Shown: in pieces, positions 41,941 to 50,462 of the stretch
How positions within the stretch are numbered: the stretch's first letter is position 1
Layout: the number at the start of each line of letters is the position of its first letter
NCBI GenBank assembly: GCA_044867425.1
Contig: JBIOUX010000164.1
Span: 1,367-65,366, forward strand
DNA length: 64,000 nucleotides
Direction: 5' to 3'
DNA from: Acidimicrobiia bacterium
GTDB lineage: Bacteria > Actinomycetota > Acidimicrobiia > IMCC26256 > BP-133
The notes under the pieces: generated by a model
Database searches by the model: none
Seen by the model: only the letters and a program-made list of their open reading frames with translations
What the model was told of the DNA's origin: nothing
Made by a program: the position numbers and the translations under genes

Positions 41941-43859
41941 GCGACTACCTGCCGTTCCTCGTCATCGGCCTGGCCACCGGGTCGGTGTACGCCATCGCGG
42001 CCATGGGCCTCACCGTGACCTACACCACGTCGGGCGTGTTCAACTTCGCCCACGGGGCGGTGGGCATGATCGCCACCTTCATCTTCTACACCCTGCGGGT
42101 CGACCTCGGGGTCCCCACCGTCCTGGCCATGGCCATCGCCGTGCTGGGCGTGGGGCCGGGCATCGGCATCATCATCGACCGGGTCCTGCTGCGGCGCCTC
42201 CACGGGGCCACCGCGGCCACCTACGTGGTGGTCTCCCTCGGACTCCTGGTCGGCCTCCAGGGGCTGGCCATCTACATCTACGGGCCCGTCACCCGCAGCC
42301 TCGACCCCATCTTCCCCCGGAGCACGTTCCGGCTCCCCGGCGTCAACGTGGGCTACGACCAGGTGATCCTGGTCGGCATCGCCCTGCTGTCCGGTCTCGT
42401 CCTGGCCGGCTTCTTCCGCTTCACCCGGCTCGGGATCAAGACCCGGGCGGTGGTGGACGACCCCGGCCTGACCGAGCTGGAGGGCCTTGATTCCGGGCGC
42501 ATCACCACCTTTTCCTGGATGCTGGGCTGCGGGTTCGCCGCCCTGGCCGGTGTCCTTCTCGGGCCCGTCCTCGGCGTCGACGCCGTCCTGCTCACCCTGC
42601 TCGCCATCCAGGTGTTCGGGGCGGCCGTGGTCGGCCGCCTCACCAGCCTGCCCCTCACCTACGCCGGCGCCATGCTCATCGGCATCGGGCAGGCCCTGGC
42701 CACCAAGCTGGTGGCGGGCAAGCTCAGCCTGGCCGGCCTGCCCACCAGCCTCCCCTTCATCATCCTCTTCGCCGTGCTGGTGTTCTCCCCCAAGGGCCGC
42801 TTCGTCGAGGTGGTGCGGTCCACCGCCGCCATGCGCACCGGACGGCAGACCGGAGCCCGCCGGCTCCCGCTGCCCACCCTCGCCATCCTCACCGCCGTGG
42901 CCGTGGTCCTCCCGGCCAAGCTCAACGGCTCCCAGCTCCTCACGGCCACGTCGACGCTGGGCTTCGTGCTCGTCTTCGCCAGCCTGTCGCTGCTCATCGG
43001 GACATCGCGGCAGGTGTCTCTGTGCCACGCCGTGTTCGTGGTCTTCGGGGCCACCACCCTGTCCCAGCTCCAGGAGGCCGGGGTCCCGTATCTCCCCGCT
43101 CTGCTGCTGGCCGGGCTGATCCTGGTCCCGGTCGGGGCCCTCCTGGCCATTCCCGCCATCCGCCTCTCGGGGCTGTTCCTGGCCCTCGCCACCTTCGGCT
43201 TCGGCATCCTGGCCCAGAACCTGCTCTTCGGTACCTCGATCGTGTTCGGGGCCGACGCCCTGGCCCGCATCAGCCGGCCCGAGCTGTTCGGGATCTCGCT
43301 TTCGGGCGACAAGACCTTCTATTACTTCGTCCTGGCGGTGGTGGTCGTCGGGGTGCTCGCCATCGAGGCGGTGCGGGTGACCCGCCTGGGCCGGGTGCTC
43401 CGCGCCCTGGCCGACTCGCCCACCGCCACCGAGAGCCTGGGCATCAACCCGACGGCGGCCCGGGTCATCGTCTTCTGCATCGGCGGGTTCATGGCCGCCA
43501 TCGCCGGCGGGCTGCTGGGGACGCTCACCCAGGTCGTCAACCCGGAGAGCTTCGGGTTCTTCTTCTCGCTGCTGTGGGTCACCGTCCTGGTGACGGCCGG
43601 ACCGGCCACCCTGGGCGGCGCCGTGCTGGCTGCCGTCCTGCTCGTCAGCGTGCCGGCCGTGTTCACCTCCCGGACGGTCATCGAGCTCCAGCCGGTGTTC
43701 TTCGGGGCGGCCGCCATCATCCTGGCCCAGGCACCCAACGGGCTGGTGGGGCTCTTCCGGATGCCGGACTTCTCCGCTCTGGCCCGGGAGAGCGCCTGGC
43801 GGGCGGGCAGCCGCCGGCTCGAAGAGAGGATGCTGCTCGAGGAGAGGATGGCGGGCTGA
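41937..43859 (+). CDS. Branched-chain-amino-acid-type ABC transporter permease, fused LivH-like + LivM-like halves
   Basis: 640 aa and polytopic. The N-terminal half starts DYLPFLVIGLATGSVYAIAAMGL (LivH-like) and the second half is LivM-like. The GTG start overlaps the upstream stop (GTGA). Confidence 0.88.
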   Translation: MSDYLPFLVIGLATGSVYAIAAMGLTVTYTTSGVFNFAHGAVGMIATFIFYTLRVDLGVPTVLAMAIAVLGVGPGIGIIIDRVLLRRLHGATAATYVVVSLGLLVGLQGLAIYIYGPVTRSLDPIFPRSTFRLPGVNVGYDQVILVGIALLSGLVLAGFFRFTRLGIKTRAVVDDPGLTELEGLDSGRITTFSWMLGCGFAALAGVLLGPVLGVDAVLLTLLAIQVFGAAVVGRLTSLPLTYAGAMLIGIGQALATKLVAGKLSLAGLPTSLPFIILFAVLVFSPKGRFVEVVRSTAAMRTGRQTGARRLPLPTLAILTAVAVVLPAKLNGSQLLTATSTLGFVLVFASLSLLIGTSRQVSLCHAVFVVFGATTLSQLQEAGVPYLPALLLAGLILVPVGALLAIPAIRLSGLFLALATFGFGILAQNLLFGTSIVFGADALARISRPELFGISLSGDKTFYYFVLAVVVVGVLAIEAVRVTRLGRVLRALADSPTATESLGINPTAARVIVFCIGGFMAAIAGGLLGTLTQVVNPESFGFFFSLLWVTVLVTAGPATLGGAVLAAVLLVSVPAVFTSRTVIELQPVFFGAAAIILAQAPNGLVGLFRMPDFSALARESAWRAGSRRLEERMLLEERMAG

Positions 43860-44560
43860 TGCTGACCCTCGACGTCTCCAGACTGCGCTCGGGATACGGC
43901 CGTACCGAGGTTCTCCACGGGGTCGACGTGCGTGTGCCCGCCGGCAAGGCGGTCGTGCTCCTCGGACCCAACGGGGCCGGGAAGTCGACGCTGCTGCGCA
44001 CCATCGCCGGCCTGGTACCGACGCGGGCGGGCACCATCACGCTCAAGGGCGAGTCGATGGAACGCCGCCCCGCCCACCGGCGGGCCCAGCACGGAATCTG
44101 CCTCATCCCCGAGGGCCGGGGGATCTTCCGCCGGCTCACGGTGCGGGAGAACCTGCTCATGCACGCCGGGCGGCGCAGCCTCAACGAGGCCATCGACCGG
44201 TCCGTGGGGCGTTTCCCCAAGCTCGGCCAGCGGCTGTCCCAGCAGGCCGGGACCCTGTCGGGCGGCGAGCAGCAGATGCTGGCTCTGGCCCGGGCCCTCA
44301 TCCAGGACCCGCAGGTGGTGCTGGCCGATGAGCTCTCGGTCGGGCTCGCCCCGGTGGTGGTGGACGAGATCCTCGAGGCCATCGCCGTGCTCGAGTCCGA
44401 GGGGCGCTCGATGCTCCTGGTGGAGCAGTACGTGGAGCGGGCGGTGGAGCTGGCCGACTACGTCTACATCATGAACAAGGGCACCGTGGTGTTCGTGGGG
44501 GAGCCCGCCCAGTGCGCCTCGGGTGCGGTGTTCGAGCGCTACCTCGGCAGCGCCGCCTGA
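43859..44560 (+). CDS. ABC transporter ATP-binding protein (LivF-like)
   Basis: Walker A is GPNGAGKST, the signature is LSGGEQQ, and Walker B is VVLADE. The ATG overlaps the permease stop. Confidence 0.9.
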   Translation: MLTLDVSRLRSGYGRTEVLHGVDVRVPAGKAVVLLGPNGAGKSTLLRTIAGLVPTRAGTITLKGESMERRPAHRRAQHGICLIPEGRGIFRRLTVRENLLMHAGRRSLNEAIDRSVGRFPKLGQRLSQQAGTLSGGEQQMLALARALIQDPQVVLADELSVGLAPVVVDEILEAIAVLESEGRSMLLVEQYVERAVELADYVYIMNKGTVVFVGEPAQCASGAVFERYLGSAA

Positions 44561-44570
44561 GCTGGTGCCG

Positions 44571-44939
44571 ATGAGCGCTGACCGCAGAACTGTCGTGTTC
44601 GTCGCCGACGAGAATGACGTCCCCGATCTCGTGCGGGCCGCCCAGGTCAGCGCCGAGGCGGTGGACGAGGTCATCGTGGACCGCGGCGAGGAGGCACTCG
44701 ACGAACTCCAGGACGCCGTCTACGACGGCACGGTGGGCCGCATCATCCTGCCCAGTTTGGAGCTCCTCGGGCCCGATCTCATGGCCCAGGAGATGATCCT
44801 GGCCGGCTGGCGGGAGAAGGGGATCGCCGTGTTCTCCTTGAAGGAGCCGGACCTCGGCGACGGCGATCCCGCCCGGCGCGATGCCCGTGGCGTCCTGGGC
44901 GAGATCGACGACTACGGCAAGATCCCCTGGGTGCCCTGA
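44571..44939 (+). CDS. Hypothetical acidic protein (122 aa)
   Basis: ORF from the ATG at 44571. There is a weak resemblance to a resolvase-type alpha/beta fold (GRIILPSLELLGPD) but no catalytic Ser motif. Confidence 0.5.
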   Translation: MSADRRTVVFVADENDVPDLVRAAQVSAEAVDEVIVDRGEEALDELQDAVYDGTVGRIILPSLELLGPDLMAQEMILAGWREKGIAVFSLKEPDLGDGDPARRDARGVLGEIDDYGKIPWVP

Positions 44940-45166
44940 TGACGACGCTCTCCGCTCACATCGACCGCGATGCCTGCAGCGGGACGGGCACCTGCGCCCG
45001 TCTCCTGCCCCAGGTGTTCCGGCTCGTCTCGGAGGGGCAGGAGGAGTTCGCCGAGGTCATCCCCGGAGGGCAGGCCACCGACGATCAGTTGTGGGACGCC
45101 GCCCGGGCCTGTCCGTGGGCGGCCATCATCCTCGAGCGCGAGGATGGTCAGGTTGTGTACCCGTGA
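44939..45166 (+). CDS. Small single-cluster ferredoxin
   Basis: 75 aa with the cluster ligand patterns CSGTGTC and ACP. The ATG overlaps the upstream stop. Confidence 0.8.
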   Translation: MTTLSAHIDRDACSGTGTCARLLPQVFRLVSEGQEEFAEVIPGGQATDDQLWDAARACPWAAIILEREDGQVVYP

Positions 45167-45194
45167 GGCCGACGATCGCGACACAGGAGGGCCC

Positions 45195-45980
45195 ATGAGC
45201 ACGCCGGTATCGACGATCGAGCCGCCCGAGGGCATCTGGTTCGGCAGTGAGCTGGAGCGCCTGGGGGTCGACGGCTACGACGAGGGCGACGACCTGCCCG
45301 ACGAGTACCGCCAGCTCGTCATCCAGGTGGTCATGGTCCAGGCCGACCTGGAGAGTGAGCTCGTCTTCGACTCGAGCCTGCTCCGCTCCCACATCCTGGC
45401 CGCCCCGGACCCCCGGGGGCGGATGCGGATGGCCAAGTTCTTCGCCGAGGAGGTCAACCACGGCTACACGTTCTGGCGCATCGCCAAGGGTCTGGGCGTG
45501 GAGCTCACGCCCCGGTACTTCCGGGAGGCGAAGCGCAAGCGCCAGGAGGTCTTCGAGCACATCGGTTCCGTCCAGGACTGGACCGAGCTGGCCATCGTCA
45601 ACACCCTGACCGACCGGATGGGCGTGTTCGTGTTCAAGGACATGGAGGAGTGCTCCTACCGTCCCTGGGCCTCCGTGTCCGCTTCGGTGGCTCGCGATGA
45701 GGTGGGTCACACCGCCCTCGGCTACTCGAACCTCCGGGACCAGGTCCTCAACCACGGTCGGCTCGAGGAGGCCCAGCGCTGTCTCGACAAGTGGTACCCG
45801 ATGTCGCTGGACATGTTCGGGCGGTCGGAGTCGGAGCGGCAGTGGCGCTACGTGGCCTGGGGGATCAAGCGCTCGGGGAACGAGGAGCTGCGCCGCAACT
45901 ACGTGGCCGAGGTCAACCCCCTGCTCACCCAGCTCGGCCTGGAGCCGCCCGACTACCTCTACAACCGCCATTTCGTCTGA
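45195..45980 (+). CDS. Ferritin-like diiron oxygenase subunit, PaaA/PaaC family (catalytic-type)
   Basis: The RBS AGGAGG lies at 45186-45191. Two ExxH motifs are present (AEEVNHG and RDEVGHT). Confidence 0.75.
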   Translation: MSTPVSTIEPPEGIWFGSELERLGVDGYDEGDDLPDEYRQLVIQVVMVQADLESELVFDSSLLRSHILAAPDPRGRMRMAKFFAEEVNHGYTFWRIAKGLGVELTPRYFREAKRKRQEVFEHIGSVQDWTELAIVNTLTDRMGVFVFKDMEECSYRPWASVSASVARDEVGHTALGYSNLRDQVLNHGRLEEAQRCLDKWYPMSLDMFGRSESERQWRYVAWGIKRSGNEELRRNYVAEVNPLLTQLGLEPPDYLYNRHFV

Positions 45981-46015
45981 GGGCCGGCGGGCGGGGACAT
46001 GATCGGAGACAAGCG

Positions 46016-46213
46016 ATGACCGTCGGATGGCAGGACCTCGACTCCCTGGTGGACGCCCTGCGGGACGCCAACCCCCGGGTCGACCCGAGGGCGCTGGACG
46101 ACCACCAGTTGAAGGAGCTGGCCGAGCAGCTCGAGGGCTTCGACCCCGGGAGCACCACGCCGGGCCCAGGCGATTTCGAGGCCATGCGGGCCATGTGGCA
46201 CTGGGGTGTCTGA
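46016..46213 (+). CDS. IscX/YfhJ-like small acidic protein (65 aa)
   Basis: MTVGWQDLDSLVDALRDANPRVDPRALDDHQLKELAEQLEGFDP...MW is collinear with the remembered E. coli IscX pattern (W-x-D, AL-x-DA-x-P-x-x-DP, LE-x-FD, C-terminal W). Confidence 0.55.
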   Translation: MTVGWQDLDSLVDALRDANPRVDPRALDDHQLKELAEQLEGFDPGSTTPGPGDFEAMRAMWHWGV

Positions 46214-46790
46214 GGAGATGGCGGTGGTGACGAGGGCTGTTCCCGGCATCGACGAGGGCTGGATCCGGGCCGTCCTCTTCGACCACGGCATTGACGACTG
46301 GGTGGATCTGGGGCCGGACCCCCTGCGTCGGCGCTACGCCGGGGACGTCTACGCCCAGCAGGTGGCGGCGACCTACCAGTGCTGGAAGTGGCTGTCCGAC
46401 CGGATGGGGACCGACCTTGACCAGCCGCCCGCTCTGGCCGAGCCCGCCGAGCCGCTGGCCGCGGCGCTGGCCGCCGGCGACTGGACCGAGCTGATGGCCG
46501 TCCTGTTGACGGTGGGCCGGGCCCAGTCGCTGCTCTTCGCCGAGATCGCCCGCCAGGGGGACGACACCACCCGCCGGGGGTTCGACCGCCCGGCCCGGGA
46601 CTGCGCCGGCCATGCCGCCCTGGGGTACCTGGAGCTGCGCCGGGGTGCCTTCACCGACGCCGCCCGGGCCGGCGAGTGCCTCGCCCGGCTGGTGCCGGCC
46701 ACCCGTCGCTGGCTGGAGACCCTCGACCCCGCCGTGGCCGACCGCTGGACAACCGGCGTCCAGCCCCTGCTCCACAGCCTCGGCCTGTAA
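46206..46790 (+). CDS. PaaC-like degenerate partner of the diiron subunit
   Basis: ARDCAGHAALGYLELR aligns with ARDEVGHTALGYSNLR of the 45195 protein, but the Glu ligand is replaced. The protein is helical, and the start overlaps the upstream stop. Confidence 0.55.
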   Translation: MSEEMAVVTRAVPGIDEGWIRAVLFDHGIDDWVDLGPDPLRRRYAGDVYAQQVAATYQCWKWLSDRMGTDLDQPPALAEPAEPLAAALAAGDWTELMAVLLTVGRAQSLLFAEIARQGDDTTRRGFDRPARDCAGHAALGYLELRRGAFTDAARAGECLARLVPATRRWLETLDPAVADRWTTGVQPLLHSLGL

Positions 46791-46795
46791 ACGGG

Positions 46796-47323
46796 CTAGA
46801 GCTCCAGCTCCATGAAGTAGGTCACGCCCTCCAGGCCGGACAGGGCTGCCTCCGCGCCGTCGAACACCTTGATGTCGACGAAGCCGAAGGACCGGTAGAG
46901 GGCGTGAGCCTCGGTCATGAAGGGCAGCGACTCCAGCCGGACCGTCCGGTAGCCCTCGGCCCGGGCGTCCTCCACCAGGCGCTGCAGCAGGGCCCGGGCC
47001 ACTCCCCGCCCCCGGGCCTGGGGCCGGACGTACATCCGCTTGATCTCGGCCGTGGCCGCGTCGACCGGCTTGAGGGCGGCGACCCCGACGGCCTCCTTGC
47101 CCGCCCGGGCCAGGAGCAGCCGCCCGCCCGGTCCGACCAGCTTGGGCAGCTCGACCCGGAACTCCTTGTGGTGCCGCTCGAGGTCCGCCTCGCCGAACCG
47201 GAGACCGAGGTCGACCTCGAGGCGCCCCAACACCCACAGCCCGTACTCCCGGAACAGCGGCTCCACCCAGGGGGCGAAGTCCGCTTCGGTCAGCTGCTCG
47301 ATCGAGAATCCGTCGGAGAACAT
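46796..47323 (-). CDS. GNAT-family N-acetyltransferase
   Basis: 175 aa with the acetyl-CoA motif RMYVRPQARGRGVARALL. Confidence 0.85.
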   Translation of the reverse strand: MFSDGFSIEQLTEADFAPWVEPLFREYGLWVLGRLEVDLGLRFGEADLERHHKEFRVELPKLVGPGGRLLLARAGKEAVGVAALKPVDAATAEIKRMYVRPQARGRGVARALLQRLVEDARAEGYRTVRLESLPFMTEAHALYRSFGFVDIKVFDGAEAALSGLEGVTYFMELEL

Positions 47324-47425
47324 GGCGCCAGCATGCCGGGTGCCGGAGGGTCCGGTCCATCACCCCTTCCTGGAACTTGTGGGTTTTGTGCCAGCAATTC
47401 CTGGCAGAAAACCCACAGAAACGAG

Positions 47426-48136
47426 TCAGGCGGTGAGGCCGCGGGCGATGGCGAGGACGCTGCCGGTCGCGGCCAGGGCGAGCGTCGCCGGGCGGACGGC
47501 GGCGGCCGGCAGCCGGCCCGCGAGCAGGACTCCGGCGACGACACCGGCGGCGAGGGCAGCCACGATCCCGAGGGGGAGGCGGGCCGGCCACCCGAGCGTG
47601 GCCAGAGTCACCAGGTTGAGGCCGAGGAAGAAGAGCTGGATCGTCGGGCGGGCCCGCTCGGACGGCCAGCCGGCGTTGACGGCGAACCACACCACGGGCG
47701 GGCCGCTGATCCCGGCGGTGACGTTCATGCCGCCGCTGACCGCGCCCACCGCCACCGTGCCCGCCCGGCCAGTCACGCTGCGGAACTCACGGCCGCGGGC
47801 CAGGGCCGCCACCCCCGTCAGACAGATCAGGCCGGCGACGACCGTGAGGGGCCCGGGCCGGGAGTGGCGGACGACGTATCCCACCGGAACGGTGGCCACC
47901 ATGGCCGGCACCAGCAGCAGCCCGGCAGCCCGGAAATCGATCCCGCGGTGCTCGCGCGCCAGCAGGGCCACGTTGATGACCACCGACAGGACCATGTTCA
48001 GCTGCACGCCGGTGGGCGCCCGGTAGGCGGCGATCAGGAACGGCGCGCACACCAGGGAGAACCCGAAGCCGGTGGCGAACTGGGCCACGGCCCCGAGGGC
48101 CACGGCCACTCCCGCCAGCAGAGCCGGCACCGTCAC
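47426..48136 (-). CDS. TauE/SafE-family anion exporter membrane protein
   Basis: The GTG start at 48134-48136 gives VTVPALLAGVAVALGAVAQFATGFGFS. The protein is polytopic. Confidence 0.75.
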   Translation of the reverse strand: MTVPALLAGVAVALGAVAQFATGFGFSLVCAPFLIAAYRAPTGVQLNMVLSVVINVALLAREHRGIDFRAAGLLLVPAMVATVPVGYVVRHSRPGPLTVVAGLICLTGVAALARGREFRSVTGRAGTVAVGAVSGGMNVTAGISGPPVVWFAVNAGWPSERARPTIQLFFLGLNLVTLATLGWPARLPLGIVAALAAGVVAGVLLAGRLPAAAVRPATLALAATGSVLAIARGLTA

Positions 48137-48387
48137 ACCCGCCCATCGAGATCCAGCTGACGTCCTTCGTCGCGCATGCGCTCGCTGGCGACCGCCAGGA
48201 TGAAGGCGCGGCCAGAGCGAGAGCCCAGGGTGACGGCCGTGGCAGCATCGGCTTGGAGGTGCACGTGCTGCTGGCCCATCGGCTGCAATCCGTGGGAGAG
48301 GACGTCGGGCAAGGAGCTCCAAGCCGTGGCGTGATACAGGACCGCCGGCGGCGGGACGGGCACCAGGCCCTCCTCAGGGATGGTCAT
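48133..48387 (-). CDS. RNA 2'-phosphotransferase (KptA/Tpt1) catalytic-domain-only protein, 84 aa
   Basis: LYHATAWSSLPDVLSHGLQPMGQQHVHLQADAATAVTLGSRSGRAFIL resembles the Tpt1 C-terminal ADP-ribosyltransferase-like lobe. The N-terminal winged-helix lobe is absent. The stop overlaps the TauE start (GTGA). Confidence 0.55.
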   Translation of the reverse strand: MTIPEEGLVPVPPPAVLYHATAWSSLPDVLSHGLQPMGQQHVHLQADAATAVTLGSRSGRAFILAVASERMRDEGRQLDLDGRV

Positions 48388-48432
48388 CCGGGAGAGCCTA
48401 GGAGGACACGCCAGCGACGGCGACGGCGAGTC

Positions 48433-50370
48433 TCAGGGTGCGCTGCGGTGGGTGCCGGGCCCGATGTGGTCCACCGTCGCCGTACGGTCGTGGGTCGGGT
48501 TGGGCTCGACGCCGGGACCCTTGCCGGCCTGGATCTTCCACGGGGTCATCTCGTCGGCCACCACCGGCACGCCGGCCAGGTCCGCCGCCCGCCGGGAGTG
48601 CCGGTAGGCGGACCGGGCGTTGGTGAAAGCCGCCGGATAGTCGTGAATGGAGAGCGATGCCTGTGCTGCCCCCGCGTCCCGGTCGGCCAGGGTCAGCTCC
48701 GCCATCCCGGCCGCGGCCGCGTCGCTGCCGAGCACAAGAGCGGCGATGGCGTTCGTGCTCCGGAGCAGACCGGCGGCCTGGAACCGGTCCATGTTGTCGC
48801 GGTCGAAGACGCTGAAATCCCAGTTGAGGTCGATGTAGCTCATCACCGAGTTGACCTCATCGGCCACCCAGGCGAAGTAGAACTTGCCGTCGGGCACGAT
48901 TTCGATTGCCTCGCCCGGGTCATAGCCGTCGTGCGGATGGCCCAGTCCCAGGTGGTGTCCCATCTCGTGGATGTGCGTCACGGTGGTCCCGTTGCCCTCG
49001 GCCACGCTCGCCGGAGTGAGGGCGTTGATCATCAGACTCTGGGTGCCGTCGAACCAGTTGTGATCCGCCATACCCAGGAAATCGGTGTTGTCCTGGGCGA
49101 TGTAGTAGGCCACCACCGCTTCGTACTCGCCGCCCCCGTCGCGCACCTCGTCGAGATGCTGGGCGTGGCGGAGGAAGAAGTTGGCGGGCCACGGATAGGC
49201 CGAGAGCTCGGGGTAGCAGGGCGCCTTCCGGATGTACTGGTGGAAGCAGACCTCGGCGTCGTTCTGGAGCGGTTGCTCCTGGCGGTCGAACGTGAGCGGG
49301 GTGCGGACCAGCTTGCGAAGCTCCTTGAGCATGTACCCGGGTTGCAGGTAGGCGCCGGACAGGCTGGGCCCGCGATGGCGGTAGATGTTCACGTCGATGT
49401 TGATGGAGGACGGCAGGCGGTGCGGAGTCAGGTACGGCGGGTAGACCGGCGAGGCGGCGAAGAGGAGATCGATGGCGGCGTAACGCGCCACCCGAGCGAG
49501 GTCGCCGGTGAGATCCCCCCGGTGCCGGTCCCCACCGGGGGTCAGGTACTCCCAGACCGGCGGAAAACGGCGATCGGCCTTCTTGTCACCGTCGATATCT
49601 GCGTCGTCGACGTTCCAGCCGCCGGTCGCGTGGTCCGGACCGGCCGAGAGGTCGTGGAACCACACCCGGTGCGCCGGGCCGCCGGTGCCGGTTTCCTCGT
49701 CGTCGGGCGGAGTGCCACCCCAGGCGATCAGCTTGCGGCTCTGGCGGTTGAACCCGAAGTCATAGCCGGTATCGGGATCGGGCTCCCCGAACTTGGTGTA
49801 GGTGTGGAACCGGAAGTCGCTCCGCCCCCACCAGTTCACGAACACGACCGTGTTGCGGGTGAGATCGACGCCGGGCGGCGGATGCTGGATCAGCCAGCGT
49901 TCCACGCTGGGCGCATCGATGAAGTGGTTCACCCCCACGTCGAGGACATTGCCCGCCTGGCTGTTGTACAGGTCCTGGTACAGCGTCCGGGGCCGGCCGT
50001 CCACGCCCTGCTGGGGAACAGCCAGAGCCGACAACGCCCCGAAGAAGGCGTTGGTGTAGGCCCCGCCGGCGAACACCAGCCGGTAGTCGAAGGTGTAATC
50101 AAGGCCGACAGGCTCCGTCTTCTTGAACCAGAGACGGGATCGCACGACCGGCGCCGACCCCTTCGGCAGGCGGCCGAGGAACCCCGTCCGCCGTACGAGG
50201 CGGTCGTCGTAGCCCACGAAAACGAACTGGACCGGGAGCCGCTCGGTGAGATGGGCGGGGCCGCCGGGGTCCAGGTGGGCGAACCCCTTCTTGGGGTGGG
50301 GCCCGGCCGCCGCGCCGGTCGCCCCCGCGAGCATCACAGCCGCCAATGCAAGCACCGGCCACCGTCGCAT
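48433..50370 (-). CDS. Secreted zinc metalloprotease, metzincin-type motif
   Basis: 645 aa with the signal peptide WPVLALAAVMLAGATGAAAG. HEMGHHLGLGHPHDG fits HExxHxxGxxH. Confidence 0.75.
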   Translation of the reverse strand: MRRWPVLALAAVMLAGATGAAAGPHPKKGFAHLDPGGPAHLTERLPVQFVFVGYDDRLVRRTGFLGRLPKGSAPVVRSRLWFKKTEPVGLDYTFDYRLVFAGGAYTNAFFGALSALAVPQQGVDGRPRTLYQDLYNSQAGNVLDVGVNHFIDAPSVERWLIQHPPPGVDLTRNTVVFVNWWGRSDFRFHTYTKFGEPDPDTGYDFGFNRQSRKLIAWGGTPPDDEETGTGGPAHRVWFHDLSAGPDHATGGWNVDDADIDGDKKADRRFPPVWEYLTPGGDRHRGDLTGDLARVARYAAIDLLFAASPVYPPYLTPHRLPSSINIDVNIYRHRGPSLSGAYLQPGYMLKELRKLVRTPLTFDRQEQPLQNDAEVCFHQYIRKAPCYPELSAYPWPANFFLRHAQHLDEVRDGGGEYEAVVAYYIAQDNTDFLGMADHNWFDGTQSLMINALTPASVAEGNGTTVTHIHEMGHHLGLGHPHDGYDPGEAIEIVPDGKFYFAWVADEVNSVMSYIDLNWDFSVFDRDNMDRFQAAGLLRSTNAIAALVLGSDAAAAGMAELTLADRDAGAAQASLSIHDYPAAFTNARSAYRHSRRAADLAGVPVVADEMTPWKIQAGKGPGVEPNPTHDRTATVDHIGPGTHRSAP

Positions 50371-50462
50371 GGCTCCCCCTCATCGCCCTCGATACCCACG
50401 CGTAGGTGCGCCAGCCACGGTAGTCCGTTCCTGGAACAACGGCCACAGGTGGAGAGGGCGGC

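Noticed and set aside
44571-44939. Serine recombinase/resolvase that could belong to the transposon.
   Set aside because: It lies outside the IRs, lacks the catalytic Ser-containing N-terminal motif, and shows only a vague fold-level resemblance.
45126-47690. 854-aa - strand ORF.
   Set aside because: It spans the antisense of four + strand genes and has an Arg/Pro/Gly-rich translation. The GNAT gene (46796-47323), on the same strand but in a different frame, is the real gene there.
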